A DNA stretch of 64,000 nucleotides from Intoshia linei. Lineage: Eukaryota; Animalia; Orthonectida. The notes beneath the pieces are model-generated. The model searched no databases, was not told where the DNA came from, and saw only the letters and a list, made by a program, of their open reading frames with translations. Shown here in pieces: positions 1 through 13,504 of this stretch. The DNA lies in NCBI GenBank assembly GCA_001642005.1, contig LWCA01000021.1, positions 1 to 64,000 of the forward strand, written 5' to 3'. The translations under genes were made by a program, and so were the position numbers. Positions within the stretch are counted from its first letter, which is position 1. Each line of letters starts with the position of its first letter.

Positions 1-60
1 CAATTTGTCTTTAAATTAATAGAATGTTCGATGATATTAGTTAAACCAGGTTTTCGACAA

Positions 61-521
61 AAAAATATATGAATACTAAAATGCTTTTTTGACCGTGAAG
101 TCGTCACTTATTCAGATTTAAATTTTTTGTTATTAAAATTATACAACTTTACCACATGTAAATTTTTTGAAATTCTAGGGGTGTTTTCAAAAAAAAAAAG
201 GAAGGGAATTTGGAGTTTTGGCGATGAAGATATAATTTTGTTAAATTTAAATTTATGATAATGTTTATGATTTTAAAATCCGTATCAGCATATATATATT
301 TTTTAAATTCTCCAACTCGTTTGATTTTCAAAAAGAGGGACAACTGGGGTTTTTGATCCGTAAGATGTGAAATTGGGAGGTTGAAATTTATCTTAATATA
401 CGTCCCGAAAAAAACTGTAATTGAAATGTGGTCTTTAAAAAATTCTAAGACGGGTAATTATTTAAATAAAGCTGAACACACACACAAACAAAAATCTTGT
501 CGCATTTTATGTAAGTTAGGA
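61..521 (-). mobile_element. Non-autonomous Helitron-like (Lep1/HINE-type) repeat, family C
   Basis: Near-identical to 33914-34367. Both copies end on + with (CA)n-ACAAAAATC..GCAT..TAT..TTAGGA|T, which reads A|TC on the minus strand as in Lep1-type 5' ends. Partial copies at about 6200-6520, 8790-8880 (rev), 32440-33130, 36310-37030 and 45850-46220 (rev). The class is inferred; no Rep/helicase ORF is seen. Confidence 0.55.
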
Positions 522-1048
522 TACCTCACTATAACGAACAATTCGTTTCGAGATCTTGTTCGGTTAAGCGGGAGTTTAATTTATATTGAAACAATGTAAA
601 AGCTGTGGTTACGTTTTCGCTGAGGTTTTTCTATTTTTCTATTTTAGTTGTGTTTTTTAATTTGTTTGTTAAGCGAGGTATTGCTGTATGTCGTATAGCA
701 TGTGTAAAACTAAAATGTACACATTCTATATGTTAGTCGTAGAATGTGTAAAACTTTCCTTTTTATTTTAGTTTAATTTTGGGTTTTAGAAATTTTTTTT
801 GAACCAAATTATTAAGACGGGCTTATAAGATTTTTTGTGTGGCCTGACTGTATATTTATTTTTTATTAAATACCTCTTTTTAGGCGTAATACCTAGAAAA
901 TTATTTATTTTAATTAATATGAATGTAAATGTATTTAAATTTATACATTAGAGGGTAAATACTACATTAATTATAATTAATGCTGTAAATAATTATTTAC
1001 TTTCACTTTTACAGGTAAAATAAAAAGAAAAACGACATTTATGCCATT

Positions 1049-1252
1049 ATGAATAATTTAGATTCAAACATATCCCCAATATTATATCATTCTCTAAGGA
1101 ACGCTCCTTCTACATCCGTCAGCGTAGAAAGAAGTTTTAGTCTGTTAAAAAAAATGGTAACTAAACAGAGACAATTCGTACCTAAAAATATCAAAAAATA
1201 CATAATTTTGTATCACAACAATAAATACTTGATTAATTATTTATTTGCATAG
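1049..1252 (+). pseudogene. hAT transposase C-terminal dimerization-domain fragment
   Basis: APSTSVSVERSFSLLKKMVTKQRQF matches the hAT P-TS--VERSFS motif. No upstream transposase ORF. Confidence 0.7.
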
Positions 1253-2200
1253 TTTAATTTTCTTCATTTAAATTAATATTTGGTATATTGAATATATCTG
1301 AATATTTGATACTGAAGTATTAAGGATTTCCTTGAAGGTACTGGATATAGAAAGTTATTTTTTTTAGAGAAAAAATATTTTGAATTTTCAAATGATACGA
1401 AATAAAAACAGATAAAAAATACTTGTAAAAAATGAAAACTAATCGATCGAAGTTAACAAGATTTAAATTAGAGTTGTATACAAAAACAAAATTTAAAGTT
1501 ACTAATAATAGCTAAAAGTTACTAAAAATCAGTCGTTAGGTATTTTTTTTATGTTATTTAAAAAATTGCCCTAATGATGACCAATGCGCTTTGCAATTGT
1601 TATTTTCGATTTTTAGGAAATAAACGATCGATTTAGACCATGTATAGATGTCCCAATTTAAAAAAAAATGTATATGGGGCTACAATTTCCATCTGGTCCG
1701 GGTCTACTGCTGGCTCTCCACGACCCTGAGTACAAATGGAAATGTGTATTTATAAATTTCTAAGCCTGTTCCTTTGTACATATAAATCATTAAATACTGT
1801 ATTCTCAAATTTCAAAAACTATGAATCAAATAATCAAACAAAATACAGTAAATTCTGTGTATAAAAACACTCTTTATAAAAACAGCTTTCAATATTTCCA
1901 TAGTTTAGTAATTTTCTTCACTAATTATTAGACTACTGTACTTAAATTTTCATTATGCACTAAACCAGTGGTTCACAAAGTGGTCCACAAGAAAAATTTT
2001 AAATAAAATAAAAATAACCTTCTTTTAACAATAAAATTAAATTAGAATATTATTTATTATCGATCATTTATAATTATTATTAGTGAACGTAAACATCATC
2101 TTATCAAAATGAATTGAAGTTTTACATAATAACGTGAATAATTTTCACGTGCGTTAAATTTAATCTGTGTAATCATTTAACTTTGTTCGATAGTAGTTCC

Positions 2201-2451
2201 CAGAGTCGAACCTAGCAAGCTCGTGTCCATCCTAAAATGAAAAATAGACCCTTTAAAATTTTGCAAACGAATTTTAGTATCATATAACCCTATCCAACTT
2301 TCTAAGACTCTTTATTTGATATTTTAAATATAACACAAATTAGTTATCATATTCAAAAATTTTTTTAATGCTCAATTTAGTAAATTAAAGCCCCATTTAA
2401 AAACAAATTCGTCGAGATCCCTCCGAAGAAAATATGGTAGGTTCGGCACTG
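2201..2451. mobile_element. hAT MITE family A
   Basis: TIRs CAGAGTCGAACCTA / TAGGTTCGGCACTG; flanking 8-mers GTAGTTCC/GTAGTTGA. Confidence 0.8.
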
Positions 2452-3322
2452 GTAGTTGACCATAAATATGATTAAAATTAATTATTTTTTTATTTACGCC
2501 ATAGAAGCTACCACTTCAAAATTAATGTAAAATTTATCAATTTAAGGAGTAATTAATAATAAAAACATAAAACTGTTACCTTGGTGAAATGTTCGGGCTG
2601 AACGCTATTTTTTTGTTTCAATATACAAGTAATTTTATATATTATTTAGTAAATTTATAAAATAATAGTATTAGTATTAACTAATTAAAATGCAATTTTT
2701 AATAGATGGTAATGTATAATTATTGAAAAATTATGATTAATATTTAGAAGGGCGTAATAAATTAAAAATTGTTAATACAGTAGATTTACTTGAAGAAATC
2801 CTGTAATATATTATATGATGTTATATACATTATATAAAAATCACATGCACAGATATAGTAATTTATTCAATTGTTAACAAATCATATAACAAAAACAAAC
2901 ATAACATTGGTAGATATTATCATCATTAATTTCATTTTATAGCGCGACATAAAGCGTATTTATATATTTATTTTCTTAATAAAAGTATTAATTTTAAAAA
3001 TATTTCTATGTTAGTAATATGTTTAACTAAAATAGCCGAAGGTAAAGATTGAAATAATAATTATTATAATCTATTCATTTATTTAAGTGTAGTGTAGGAT
3101 TCAGTATTGATAGATGACGAACTGTTTGAAAAATAAATAAAGATTAAATAAATTTTCATCAAAAAATGTATTCTGATTGCCCACGAAAATTGCCGTAAAT
3201 TACAAAATACGTTCAAGTATGTGAGATACTTTTTCGGAATCACGAATGATATTTTCCATCTTATAATTAGTGAAACATCCTGATATAATTTAATTTAAGC
3301 CTTGAAATTTCTCAATTTACCA

Positions 3323-4189
3323 CAGTGGCGGATTCAAGGAGTGCAGAAGGTGCAGTTGCACCCCCTAAATTTAAAAAAAAAATTTAATTAATGTTTTGTA
3401 AAATAACTGAAAAAGGTTTTAATTTATTAAAACAATATAGATGGCGCATAACATTACATGTCATTACATAAACAATTGATCCTGTGACTTGAGGCCTTTT
3501 GTTCTAAGCACATATATAATTGATAATTTTATACAGTAATATCTCGATTTAGTCACGTTCGATTACTTAGAATTTTACTTAGATTTATTTAGAAACAACT
3601 TTAAGCCATAAAAAATTTTTGCAAAAGATTGGAAAAAATTCGCAGAAAATTATGAATTATTTTTACCATGCATATCATTAGATGAAGATCTCAAAGCAGA
3701 ATATACTAGATGGAAAAAAAAAGATCTTGATTCAAAGACCAATTAATTAAATATTTATCGACTTTTAATTATTTTGGCAACATTGTCAATCAACAATGTG
3801 AACGTGAACGCTCCATTAGCATTTTGAGAAGATTGAAAACCTTTTTAATATCAACAATGACTGTTAATCGTCTATGGGGACTAGCCCTCATGAATTGCCA
3901 CTATGACTATAATTTTTATATTGAAAGTTTCGTTAATGAATTTGCAATACTTCATCCAAAAAGACTGAACCTAATTGATTTAGGATTATTTAATGAACAA
4001 AATTAATGAATTAATTACATTTTGTGCTGATCTTTTTTTTTATTTTTACGAAAAAATACAAATTTGGAAACTACTGTATAACCAGAATAACAACCTTTAA
4101 ATGAAATTAAAAGAGTCGCTTTAAAATCAAACTAGACGCCTTGATATTAAAATTGCACCCCATTAACTAGCCTCTTAGATCCGCCCTTG
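3323..4189 (+). mobile_element. Internally deleted hAT element with transposase C-terminal relic (THAP12/PRKRIR-like)
   Basis: TIRs CAGTGGCGGAT / ATCCGCCCTTG with subterminal TTGCACCC motifs. Internal frameshifted ..ERSISILRRLKTFLISTMTVNRLWGLALMNCH..VNEFAILHPKRL (about 3804-4006). TSD not recognisable. Confidence 0.8.
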
Positions 4190-5728
4190 TACTGCGTCAG
4201 CTGCAAGATTTTTGAACTTTAGAAGTAGTAAAATTTATATAACAGATCCAGATTCATGGTATAGAACTAAAAATAAACTTTCGTAATGTATTTTCAATTT
4301 TTTTCCGTGAGTGATAAAAATGTAAAAGTGTTACATAACTTTTTTTCGTAAAATTTGGTCCACGGTCAAAAAATGTTAAAAATTACTGCTTTAGATAAAA
4401 TATTGTTAAATAATATTTATAATTTTATTACAATTTTAGACAACGTAATGCTGGCGAACAAATAGATGATAATAATGTAAGCCAGAATAGCATGGGAGGA
4501 TAACTGATTATAAATAAATGATTAAATATACACTAATAATAAAATTCGAACACTATTTGATGGTTAATATTACATACCAACATAATGTAAGTATTCGATA
4601 AACTACTGGTGGGGTAAAGTCTCATCCGGTTTATTCAAATTGAATAGTATAGCCGTACATACAATGTCAAGACTGATAAATTTTAACCTAAACAATTTGA
4701 ATTTTGTCGTCCTTAAAACTGTTTTTTTATTGAAATTTTAACTAAACTTTTTATAATTTTGACTACAATTTGAAAAATTTTGCTAGGTGATATTTACCCA
4801 CAAATCAATTATGGTGTATAATGTTTCCACGTACTTTTATTCTGCTTTGTATAAATTTGTAATCGTCAAAGATATATTCGATGGGGTATTAATGCATATT
4901 TTATATAAAGTTGTTTATATTATATTAACTGGATTGGATGTGTATACAACGTATCATCCGAAGTCGACGAATTTTTTATAAAATAATTTGATTAATGAGC
5001 CATTAATAAATAATTATTAATACTAATAATGATCATAATGTAGTATTATCAACTGTATTAAAGTGATATAGACATTTTCGAATATCGATATTTTTTTCTT
5101 ATCAAAATTTAAGGTGGGCCCAAATTTTTATTTATTCACAGGTGCATACTGAAGTAAAAAAGGTTAATAAACACTGATATTATTCACTATTGAGTTTGCC
5201 AGTCAACCCAATGAAAATCACTGTTCTAGAAGAGTCAAACTTACCGTTGTACGAAAACGTTTCTGGGAGTAGACGAAATTTGTTGTGAAAAAGGATTCAT
5301 TATTCTAAATTGAGTATTAAAAATTTATATTCTTGAATATCATAACTATTTTGTGTACTAAATTTTAAATTTCAACGTAAGACTCTTTGAGAAGTGACTA
5401 GGCCTATATGACGCTATGCATCGTTTAAGGAAATTTTTTCGGGTTTATTGTTCATTTTCGGTACCCTTAAACTTGGTAGGTACGGCCCTGTGTTATAGTA
5501 TAATCAGTTAAATGCAAAACCAGTTTTACTACGTAAATAATGGTTATCATTGCAATTTTAAAAATTAACAATCGCAAAATGATAAAAATCTGGAAACCTC
5601 GAGATGCAGAAAATACATTTTATTTAATAAAAATGTTACTATCGCAATGTATTTATTTTGCTAATCGGTAGAATATTTAGCATCATAGTATCATACTGTA
5701 AGATTATTACATATCCAATTATTATAAA

Positions 5729-8700
5729 ATGAATGTAAACAAATTTGATCGGCAGACTAGGTATTTTCGTAAATGGGTATTAGTGGTGGACAGTCCCGAA
5801 CCTAGCCAACTTGAAGCTATCCGAATATAAAAAATAGGCCACTAAAAAAATTAAAAAGCGATGCGTAGTGTCATATTGCTAATAGCTACCTATCTAAGGC
5901 TCTTGACTTGCCATTTTTAAATTTCACCGACAAAATAATTATGATATTCAAGAATATAGTTAACTCGTTAACGTCACAGAAAGAATATACTTTTTACTTG
6001 CGATAATTTAAACTAGCAGCTATTTTACTGTAAACTACTGTAATAATTAGCAATATTATTGTTAATTGTCAGTTAAAATTATTTATTTTTTTTAATCTTT
6101 AGTTTTTAAAAATTTCGTCGAGGCCTCCCGAAGAGACATCTCATCATCATAGGTTCGCACTGATGTTGGAAAATGGGACACACACAATGAAATAATTAAA
6201 TCAATTTTTTTTAATAAAATAGTTTCGAGATAAACAAAATTAATACTAGTGTTTTTTCGACCGTGAAGGCGTCACTTTATCAGATTATGTATTTTTTATA
6301 ATTCTAGGACTAGTTTGAATTTTAAAAAAAAGATAATTGAAGTTTTTAAAATTTTGTATTTATATCACCTGGAATAAGCTCTATCAAATAATATTATTTT
6401 TTTTTACATTTTTTGTGTTTCGGAATAAAATATTTCGCAAAAAAATATATGAATACTAAAATGCTTTTTTGACCGTGAAGTCGTTACTTATTCGGATTGA
6501 AATTTTTTGAAATTCTAGGGTTCACCGGTTTATGTCTATGTTCCATTACATAGAAAATTTTGGTCCGTCACATATTAATTAGAAATACATTACATCATAG
6601 AATTTGGACTAAATGCCATCAAACAATGTTGAATGTATCCAAAGTATGTGTAATTGGTTCGAATTATTTGTCCGCTGAAGGTAAATAATTAACAGTCACT
6701 AAACATTTTCTAATTAATCAAAATTCTGTTTTGTACATGACGATTTAAATATTAATTTTCTATCTATCTATTTACATGATGTTATCTTGACATTTTTATT
6801 TGTCCGAGTATGGTTTATTCGGTTCTGATTGCTGTCAACCGATTTTAACTAGTTTTCTGTGAGCCTTTTATAAACTTTGTTGAATTTACGTCCAACTAAA
6901 CTGGGTGAACGGTTAAAATTAACTAATTGTTTTTTAATTTTATAATCATTAATATGACAATTTATATTTTGAATAAGTCAAATTACTTGACGCTAAATAA
7001 TCCCTTTCATGATCTAAGATCCTAGATTCTACATGATTGTAGGATAGCTATGACAAGGTCTTGCCTGAGATCTGTCAGTGTTTCTGTAATGTACATTGTA
7101 CAAATTACAAAACAGAAAATCTATATAATAGAATATAGTATAGTAGATCATAATTATAATGAATTATTTTAGTTATTAAAAACCTGGCATTATTAGGTAA
7201 ATATCAATAAATATAAATACTACTGCTGGCTTTACGCGGACCTGGATATGAATTAATCTATCTTTGGAAATAACTTAAATTTTTTATTATGCTATTTCAA
7301 TTTCAAAAATACATTATAAGTAGTATTTAATTACATTTTAGTCGTTATCTAATGAATAAATAAAATAACGGTTCCCAACTGATGAGTCGAGACATAACAT
7401 GTTTTGTTTGACGCCAAATATTTTTTAATTGTCATTGTAGTGTGAAAAATTTTTTAGTTGATACGTTTTCTTATATATTTATAATGTAAAATTTATTTAT
7501 ATATTAACAATAATTAATTTAAAATTAAGATATTGGTTTTATTACAGTAATTGATGATTGTGTAACAACCATGGATAAACTCGACAAGTAATTTTTTCAT
7601 GACAATATTAATATATTTTCTATACTTAGATTTTTTTATAAAGAATATCCATTTAATGTAATTTTTAATTTACATATGTATTCGTTTATATTATATCTCA
7701 GTGGTTCTTAAACTGGGTTTGCTGTGTTTTTGATGAAAAATGTAATCTTTACTTTGTAATTTTAACATTTTTTGAAAAGAAATTAGTTTATTTTAAATAA
7801 TTCATAAAAAACTATATTTTGTGGTTGGTAAAAAAAATAATTTTAAAATGTTTATACATGTATGCCCTCAGGAAAATAGTCCCGTCGTGTTTCTCTTCAT
7901 TACCATATTGTAATAATTAAAATAAATAATATATCAAACATTTATATTTTTGAATTTCATTTTAAAATTACAATTGTTGTCTTTATTTTAATTTATTTAG
8001 AAGGTAAATTTGAGCAGATGTACTGCTTTAGCAAATTGTTTAAAAGATTTGAATCATAACACTGTTATTGAATCAATACATTTGGTAAATCTATCTATTA
8101 ATTTCAATTTTTTATTGTATCTTAAACAGAATAATTTGGATCTAATTGACGAAAAAATCATTTCTGATTTTGATATTATCATTATTACTAAAAAATTAAC
8201 GTTAGCGTATGTATCTACATTTTTTAATAGTTATTTACACCTGTCATTTACGCACCACTAATAATAATTTTTATGGGTATGATAGTTTTTGGAGATTATA
8301 ATACATGTACTAAGTTGGTACTATTAACATGTTTTAAATGTTAAATTTACACCAGTAGTTCCTAAAGTTTTGTTTTTAATGTCCCAAAATTTTTTAAATC
8401 TTGTATTTTTCTTAAAGTGCGTAAATTATATTGAATCTAATTTCAATACTAATCTTTTCTAGAAATTATGCCTCGATTGTACAGATGAACAAATTGTACA
8501 ATACTCCATATATAACGGCTAGTGTATTTGGCGTGTATGGATTGATTGACTTTTATTTCCAAAATTATTTGGGTTAGTTTTCATATTTATTATTAATATG
8601 TAATGTACTAGCTTGACCGTTATTTACTTCTTACAAACTGATTTTAATAATTTGACAATTTTAAGACCCATTTTTTAATTGAACAATGACAATTCGCAGA

Positions 8701-11700
8701 CCCTTTAAATTAACTTACAATTTTCTAAATAATTTTTCTACTAATCTTACAAACAAAGTTAAAATATAAAATTTGTTTTAACATTCTAGGACCAGAATTC
8801 TAGTCACAAAAAAGATCAGTCCGACCTTAATCTCATAAAATGATGCTTTCACGGCCAAAAAAACACTTTTTTATTTTCAAACAAAATTTGAAATAATAGT
8901 TATAATAAATAATATTAGATCGTAGAATTTAAAAAAAAGATTATTATACAGCAGAGTTTCTTAACCAGGTGCTAGAAAATCTATTTTTATTTTTTAAATT
9001 TTAACTTTTATAAAAAATTATTTTCATAAAAAAATCAATTTAAAGAGAAATATGGGTGTAAATCTCATTGATTTGATGTAAATATTGATACCTCACATAG
9101 CATTAATTGCTTCTATTTAGCTTTTGACGTAAAAGTTGAATTTGATTACAATTTGCACAATTATTTTCCCGATTTTGACAAAATTGTTAATCGAATTGAC
9201 TTTATTAATCAAAAGGTTTATATTTATTTATATCTATATATCGACTCGGCATTGTCAGATCATGGTTCCTCATTCGTCATACCTCATTTCATAATATTGA
9301 AATTTTAATAGAATTTACAATGTATAATTCATGTTACAGTTTGAGTCAGGTTTCATAACCTTTTTGAGTCAAAAAGTATTTTTAGGTCTACAAATTTGGC
9401 GAACATTCATTTGAACGATACATCATAGAGCGACATAATCATCGATTTTACTAATTTATCATATTATTGATTTTTTACAATAAATTTTTGTGGACTTCTT
9501 TGGGAAAATTTTTTCACCCAATCTTTAAAGATCTTGAGTATAATTATGGGACCAAAATTTGATAGGGTTTTTTATGGTAAGTTTTTTTCTCCCAATTTTT
9601 AAACTTTTTTATAATAATTTTAGGATCAAAATTTAGTAGGGGTTTTAAGGGAAGCTTTTTTTCACACAATTTTAAATAATTTTGGTGGCAAGATTTGATA
9701 GAGTTTTTAAGGTAACATTTTTAATATTTAAAGGTATTTTCAAAATATTTTAAAATTGGATTAAAAAAAATCCCTTAAATACCCAACCAAAATTATCTTC
9801 AAATTGTTTAAAAATTGGGTGAAAAAATTTTCCCAAAGAAGTCCACAAAAATTTATTGTAAAAAATCAATAATATGATAAATTAGTAAAATCGATGATTA
9901 TGTCGCTCTATGATGTATCGAACCAATAATAAATCGCTCAAATGAATTTCGCTCTAGACCATTGATTCTCAACCTGGGCGCGATTTATTTTCAAAGTAAT
10001 AAAAGTATTATAATTTTTTTATTAACTTATTGTAAAATTTAATATATTAAATTGTGTTGCTTGTGATATTTTTAACATAATTTTAAAATTTAGTTTACAT
10101 TAGTTTTGATTTGTTTCTATTTCATTTTTGCGAAGTCACATAAAAATACTATGATTATGAGAAACAGTAAGTCAACTTAACAAGAAAAAAAATTGTTAAA
10201 ACTACAATTTTAAAAATTAGGTTAAATAAACTGTATCATAAATTATTATAATGCACAAAAGTATTAGTTTAAACATTTTTGCTAGTTTAATTATTAAGGA
10301 AACCATGATAAATTTTTTTTCATTTAGGGGGCGATAGTTCAAAAAAGGTTGAGAATAACCGCTCTAGAATCTAGAGCAGTGACCACCAAGCTTTTTCACA
10401 TGGGGGCCGGAATAACTTAAAAAAAAATCAGCGGGCCATATGGAAAATATACATGACGGTATTTTAAATTATGATTTAAAATTTAAGTTAATGAATTAAT
10501 AAGTTGTTTCTGATCTAGAAATAACAAGTCGATAGTATATATTTAAAATATAAGTTGATGATATATGATAATTTGTAAGATATCACCGGTGTATTTTGTA
10601 ATAGATTTGTAATTAACGGGACAGATTTGGCCCGCGGGCCGTAATTTGATGGCCACTGCTCTAGAGAATAGACGTCGCAATTTTATTCAATTTTTTATGC
10701 TCATTTTTTAAATACTGTCCTGAATTTTTCAAATTGTGTTTTTTGAAATTCTATGACTATTTTCATTAAAAAAAAGTTAATTTTTGAATGTTAAATTGAT
10801 GGCCCTGTCAGTTATCTCAATAAATGGTTACACATACACATTTTTAGCAACTTTTACTTTATAATTTATGTATATATAAATAAAGATGTTTCGTATCGAT
10901 AACTTTCATTGGTTATTTTAAGTAAATATATTTCAAAAAGTCGCTTATAATTATCAAAACTATTATGTCCCAGTGCAATCATTATGAGTGGTTGATATTA
11001 TAATGATAAATGAAAAGTGTGATGTGATGTTGGGTTCGCGCCACAAAAGGTTAAAAAATCTGAGATAGATTATAGTCATCGTCAATCCCTTATTTTTTTT
11101 AAAGATGTTTTTACTGGATCTTATAATATATGAATTAATTTTACTGTATAGCAAAATATACCTTGGCCAATGATAATCTTAAAATACAAAAATGATTACT
11201 TGAAAGTATATTTTTTTCATTATTAAACTTTATAAACTAAACTTTTGTATTACCGCAGCGTTCGCCAAAGTGGCTGCAAGAGTTAGTTTGAAAAAATTTT
11301 TACTAATGTATTTTCTTTAAATTTTAATTTTACATGTCCGATACATATTACTCTAAGAATTATAAAATTTGCAAATAATTATTAAAATGAATTGTTCAAA
11401 CTTGAAATTTTTCTAAAAATTTTTAACACAGCTTTTGAAAACCACTGAGGTAATTTTAATAATTTACTTGCTAATAATAATTATAATATATAATATTTTT
11501 AGGATTTTGATTCTAAATATGAATTAAAAGACTTTGATATTGATTGCATTCGAAAAAATATATTTAAAGGTTTGATTTGAATATTTAATTAAAAATTATT
11601 AATGTTTTTTAATTATAGTTTCTTGTAACAAAATTCGTATATGAACAATGTTCATTGAACATTGATTTGAAATTTATATTTCATTATTACATTTAAAAAA

Positions 11701-13504
11701 AAATTAAATTTAGACAATACTGGAAATTGGCCGAATTATAAGGAAAGCTTGAGGTGGCTGTTTAAATGTTTGAAAAAACCGTGTGTAGTTTTTACAATTT
11801 ATTTTAATAAGTTTCTTAATTTAGGCATCTCATAATATTTTCACCTTTAAAGACAATGAAAGGGTATGTTTCCATAATTATTTTGTATTTTATATAATCA
11901 AGGGATCCGACATCCCTACTTATCTGAAAATTTAAAAATAATTTTTTATAATGTTTAAATTATCATCAATTTTGAATTTAATTTTTGATTTGATCGTCTT
12001 ATTTATGCTTGTAATCTTACCGGGCTCAAATGTCTACTAGCATATTTTAGATATTACCATTATCACTTAAATAATTTCTAAATTTTGGCGATCGACTAAC
12101 TAATACTCCGCGTTCCCTTATTGTACTCTCATGTTATATAGATTTAATTGATGGATATTAGAATATTTTATTGTCAAAATTGTTTAATGCTCTCAATATA
12201 TTTATCTCACAAAATAGTAATTATAATTAATTAACATTATAAACAATTATATAACAATAAATTAATTTTTAAGTTGTATACTGTAATTCGTTTTTGGTCG
12301 TTTGAACAGTTGTCATTTGAGTTAAAAAAAAATATAATTTGAAGTGCATTTGTATCTTTTCAATAAAATTTGACTATTAGTCACTCATACAACTGTCACT
12401 CGAAAAGGTACAACCGTTACACTTATGATATTTATATAAAATTTTTATAATAGATAGATATCCAATAATTCAAAATTTTAATCTACCGGATATGCACTCA
12501 TCGAATGATTATTTTACAGAATTGGCCAATTTTTATCAACTTTTAGCATTTAATGATATTAAACAGTTTAAGTCAATTTTGAACACATTAACACAGGTGC
12601 ACAGTTCTTGATATTATCGGAATCATAAAAAATGTTTATCCCTACACTCATAAACATTTTTTTTGGTATAAAATTGTTTTTATGAACTTTGAATTGTTTT
12701 CAAAAAAAATTTGCAATTCTTTGAAATGTACATTGTACATTTTTTTAATTTAATTTAATTTTAATTTAGGGTGAAAATTTAAATATAGATGAAGAATTTT
12801 TAATATATTTTGGTATCTTTTATTTCATATTTTGTTTAAATTAGGAATTACTTTACATATTAAATTTTAGTAAATCATTGTAAATCTGCAAACGTTTTAT
12901 GTAGTAATTGTATTCATTTAACTGATTGGAATAAAAATACAGTTAAAGATATTGATATAGGTTTTTAATAATTTTGAATATAATTAATGTGCCGTGTAGC
13001 GTCCCAATAAAATTTAAATTTTTTTAATTTTAATGGTCGATTCTTCAACCATCTGGTTATCAGTTAAATGTTAATTTATTGAATTAATCTAGAAATAAAT
13101 ATTAATTACAAAGCTTCAGTATTATAATGTTTAAAAAATTTTATGGTCAATGAGAAACAGTTTTTCCTTTTAATTTTAACATGAATTTTGTACTACACAC
13201 GGGAAATTATACAAAAATGTATTATAAATTTTAAAACTATCAAGTGTGTTAAGTTTTCTATTAATTAGATTATTCTATAATTATTTACATTTTTTAGAGT
13301 TGGATAATGTCGAATATATAATATGCAGGAATTATCAAATCTTACAAATTCACTCTAAAAAAAATTTATCCGAAAATGCACAGGTTTTGTCACATTTTAA
13401 AGTAATTAAAGTCAATAAAGCATTTGATTTTTTATTTTTGAATTTAGAAGATTATACCACAAAATTTGTATAATAAATTCCACCTGCGATTGGAAGATTT
13501 GTAA
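5729..13504 (+). CDS. NAE1: NEDD8-activating enzyme E1 regulatory subunit (APPBP1/ULA1), divergent, about 20 exons
   Basis: Spliced GT-AG exons: 5729-5760 MNVNKFDRQTR; 6601-6680 IWTKCHQTMLNVSKVCVIG..SAE; 7173-7196 VIKNLALL; 7530-7587 IGFITVIDD; 7630-7657; 8001-8083 SRCTALANCLKDLN; 8130-8207; 8463-8571 ASVFGVYG; 9121-9215 LHNYFPDF; 11152-11205 IPWPMIILKY; 11503-11569; 11619-11636; 11714-~11784 NYKESL; ~12161-12215; 12454-12596 LPDMHSSNDYFTELANFY; 12770-12812; 12871-12960; 13298-13383; 13448-13504. These are colinear with NAE1 motifs KYDRQLRLWG, ILKNLVLPG, PFPEL, TPWIVII, NFEEAI and IPDMIADS. The junctions around 11784-12161 and the 3' end are uncertain. Confidence 0.85.
5791..6162. mobile_element. 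hAT MITE family A (NAE1 intron 1)
   Basis: CAGTCCCGAACCTAG ... TAGGTTCGCACTG; flanks GTGGTGGA/ATGTTGGA. Confidence 0.75.
9385..9952. mobile_element. Foldback-like element with long TIRs and internal ~63-bp subrepeats
   Basis: 9416-9522 is the exact reverse complement of 9814-9920. The interior holds degenerate repeats of GGGAAAATTTTTTCACCCAAT..TAATTTTGGGACCAAAATTTGATAGGG. Confidence 0.8.
9960..10361. mobile_element. hAT (Buster/Charlie-type) MITE
   Basis: CATTGATTCTCAACCT ... AGGTTGAGAATAACCG; TSD CTCTAGAC/CTCTAGAA. Confidence 0.8.
10377..10658. mobile_element. hAT (Buster/Charlie-type) MITE
   Basis: CAGTGACCACCAA ... TTGATGGCCACTG with subterminal GGCCCGCGGGCC; TSD ATCTAGAG/CTCTAGAG. Confidence 0.85.

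Larger units (their letters stand above)
1966..4388. mobile_element. Old hAT (Buster-type) MITE carrying nested insertions
   Basis: Left end CAGTGGTTCACAAAGTGGTCCAC at 1966; right end TGGTCCACGGTCAAAAAATGTTAAAAATTACTG at 4388. The flanks CACTAAAC/CTTTAGAT share only the central TA, so pairing of the two ends is uncertain. Confidence 0.4.

Noticed and set aside
149-599. Short ORFs here and at 10963, 28903, 40172-40513, 45654, 60154 and 61474
   Set aside because: They overlap repeats or introns, are biased toward I/K/F/N and show no family motifs.
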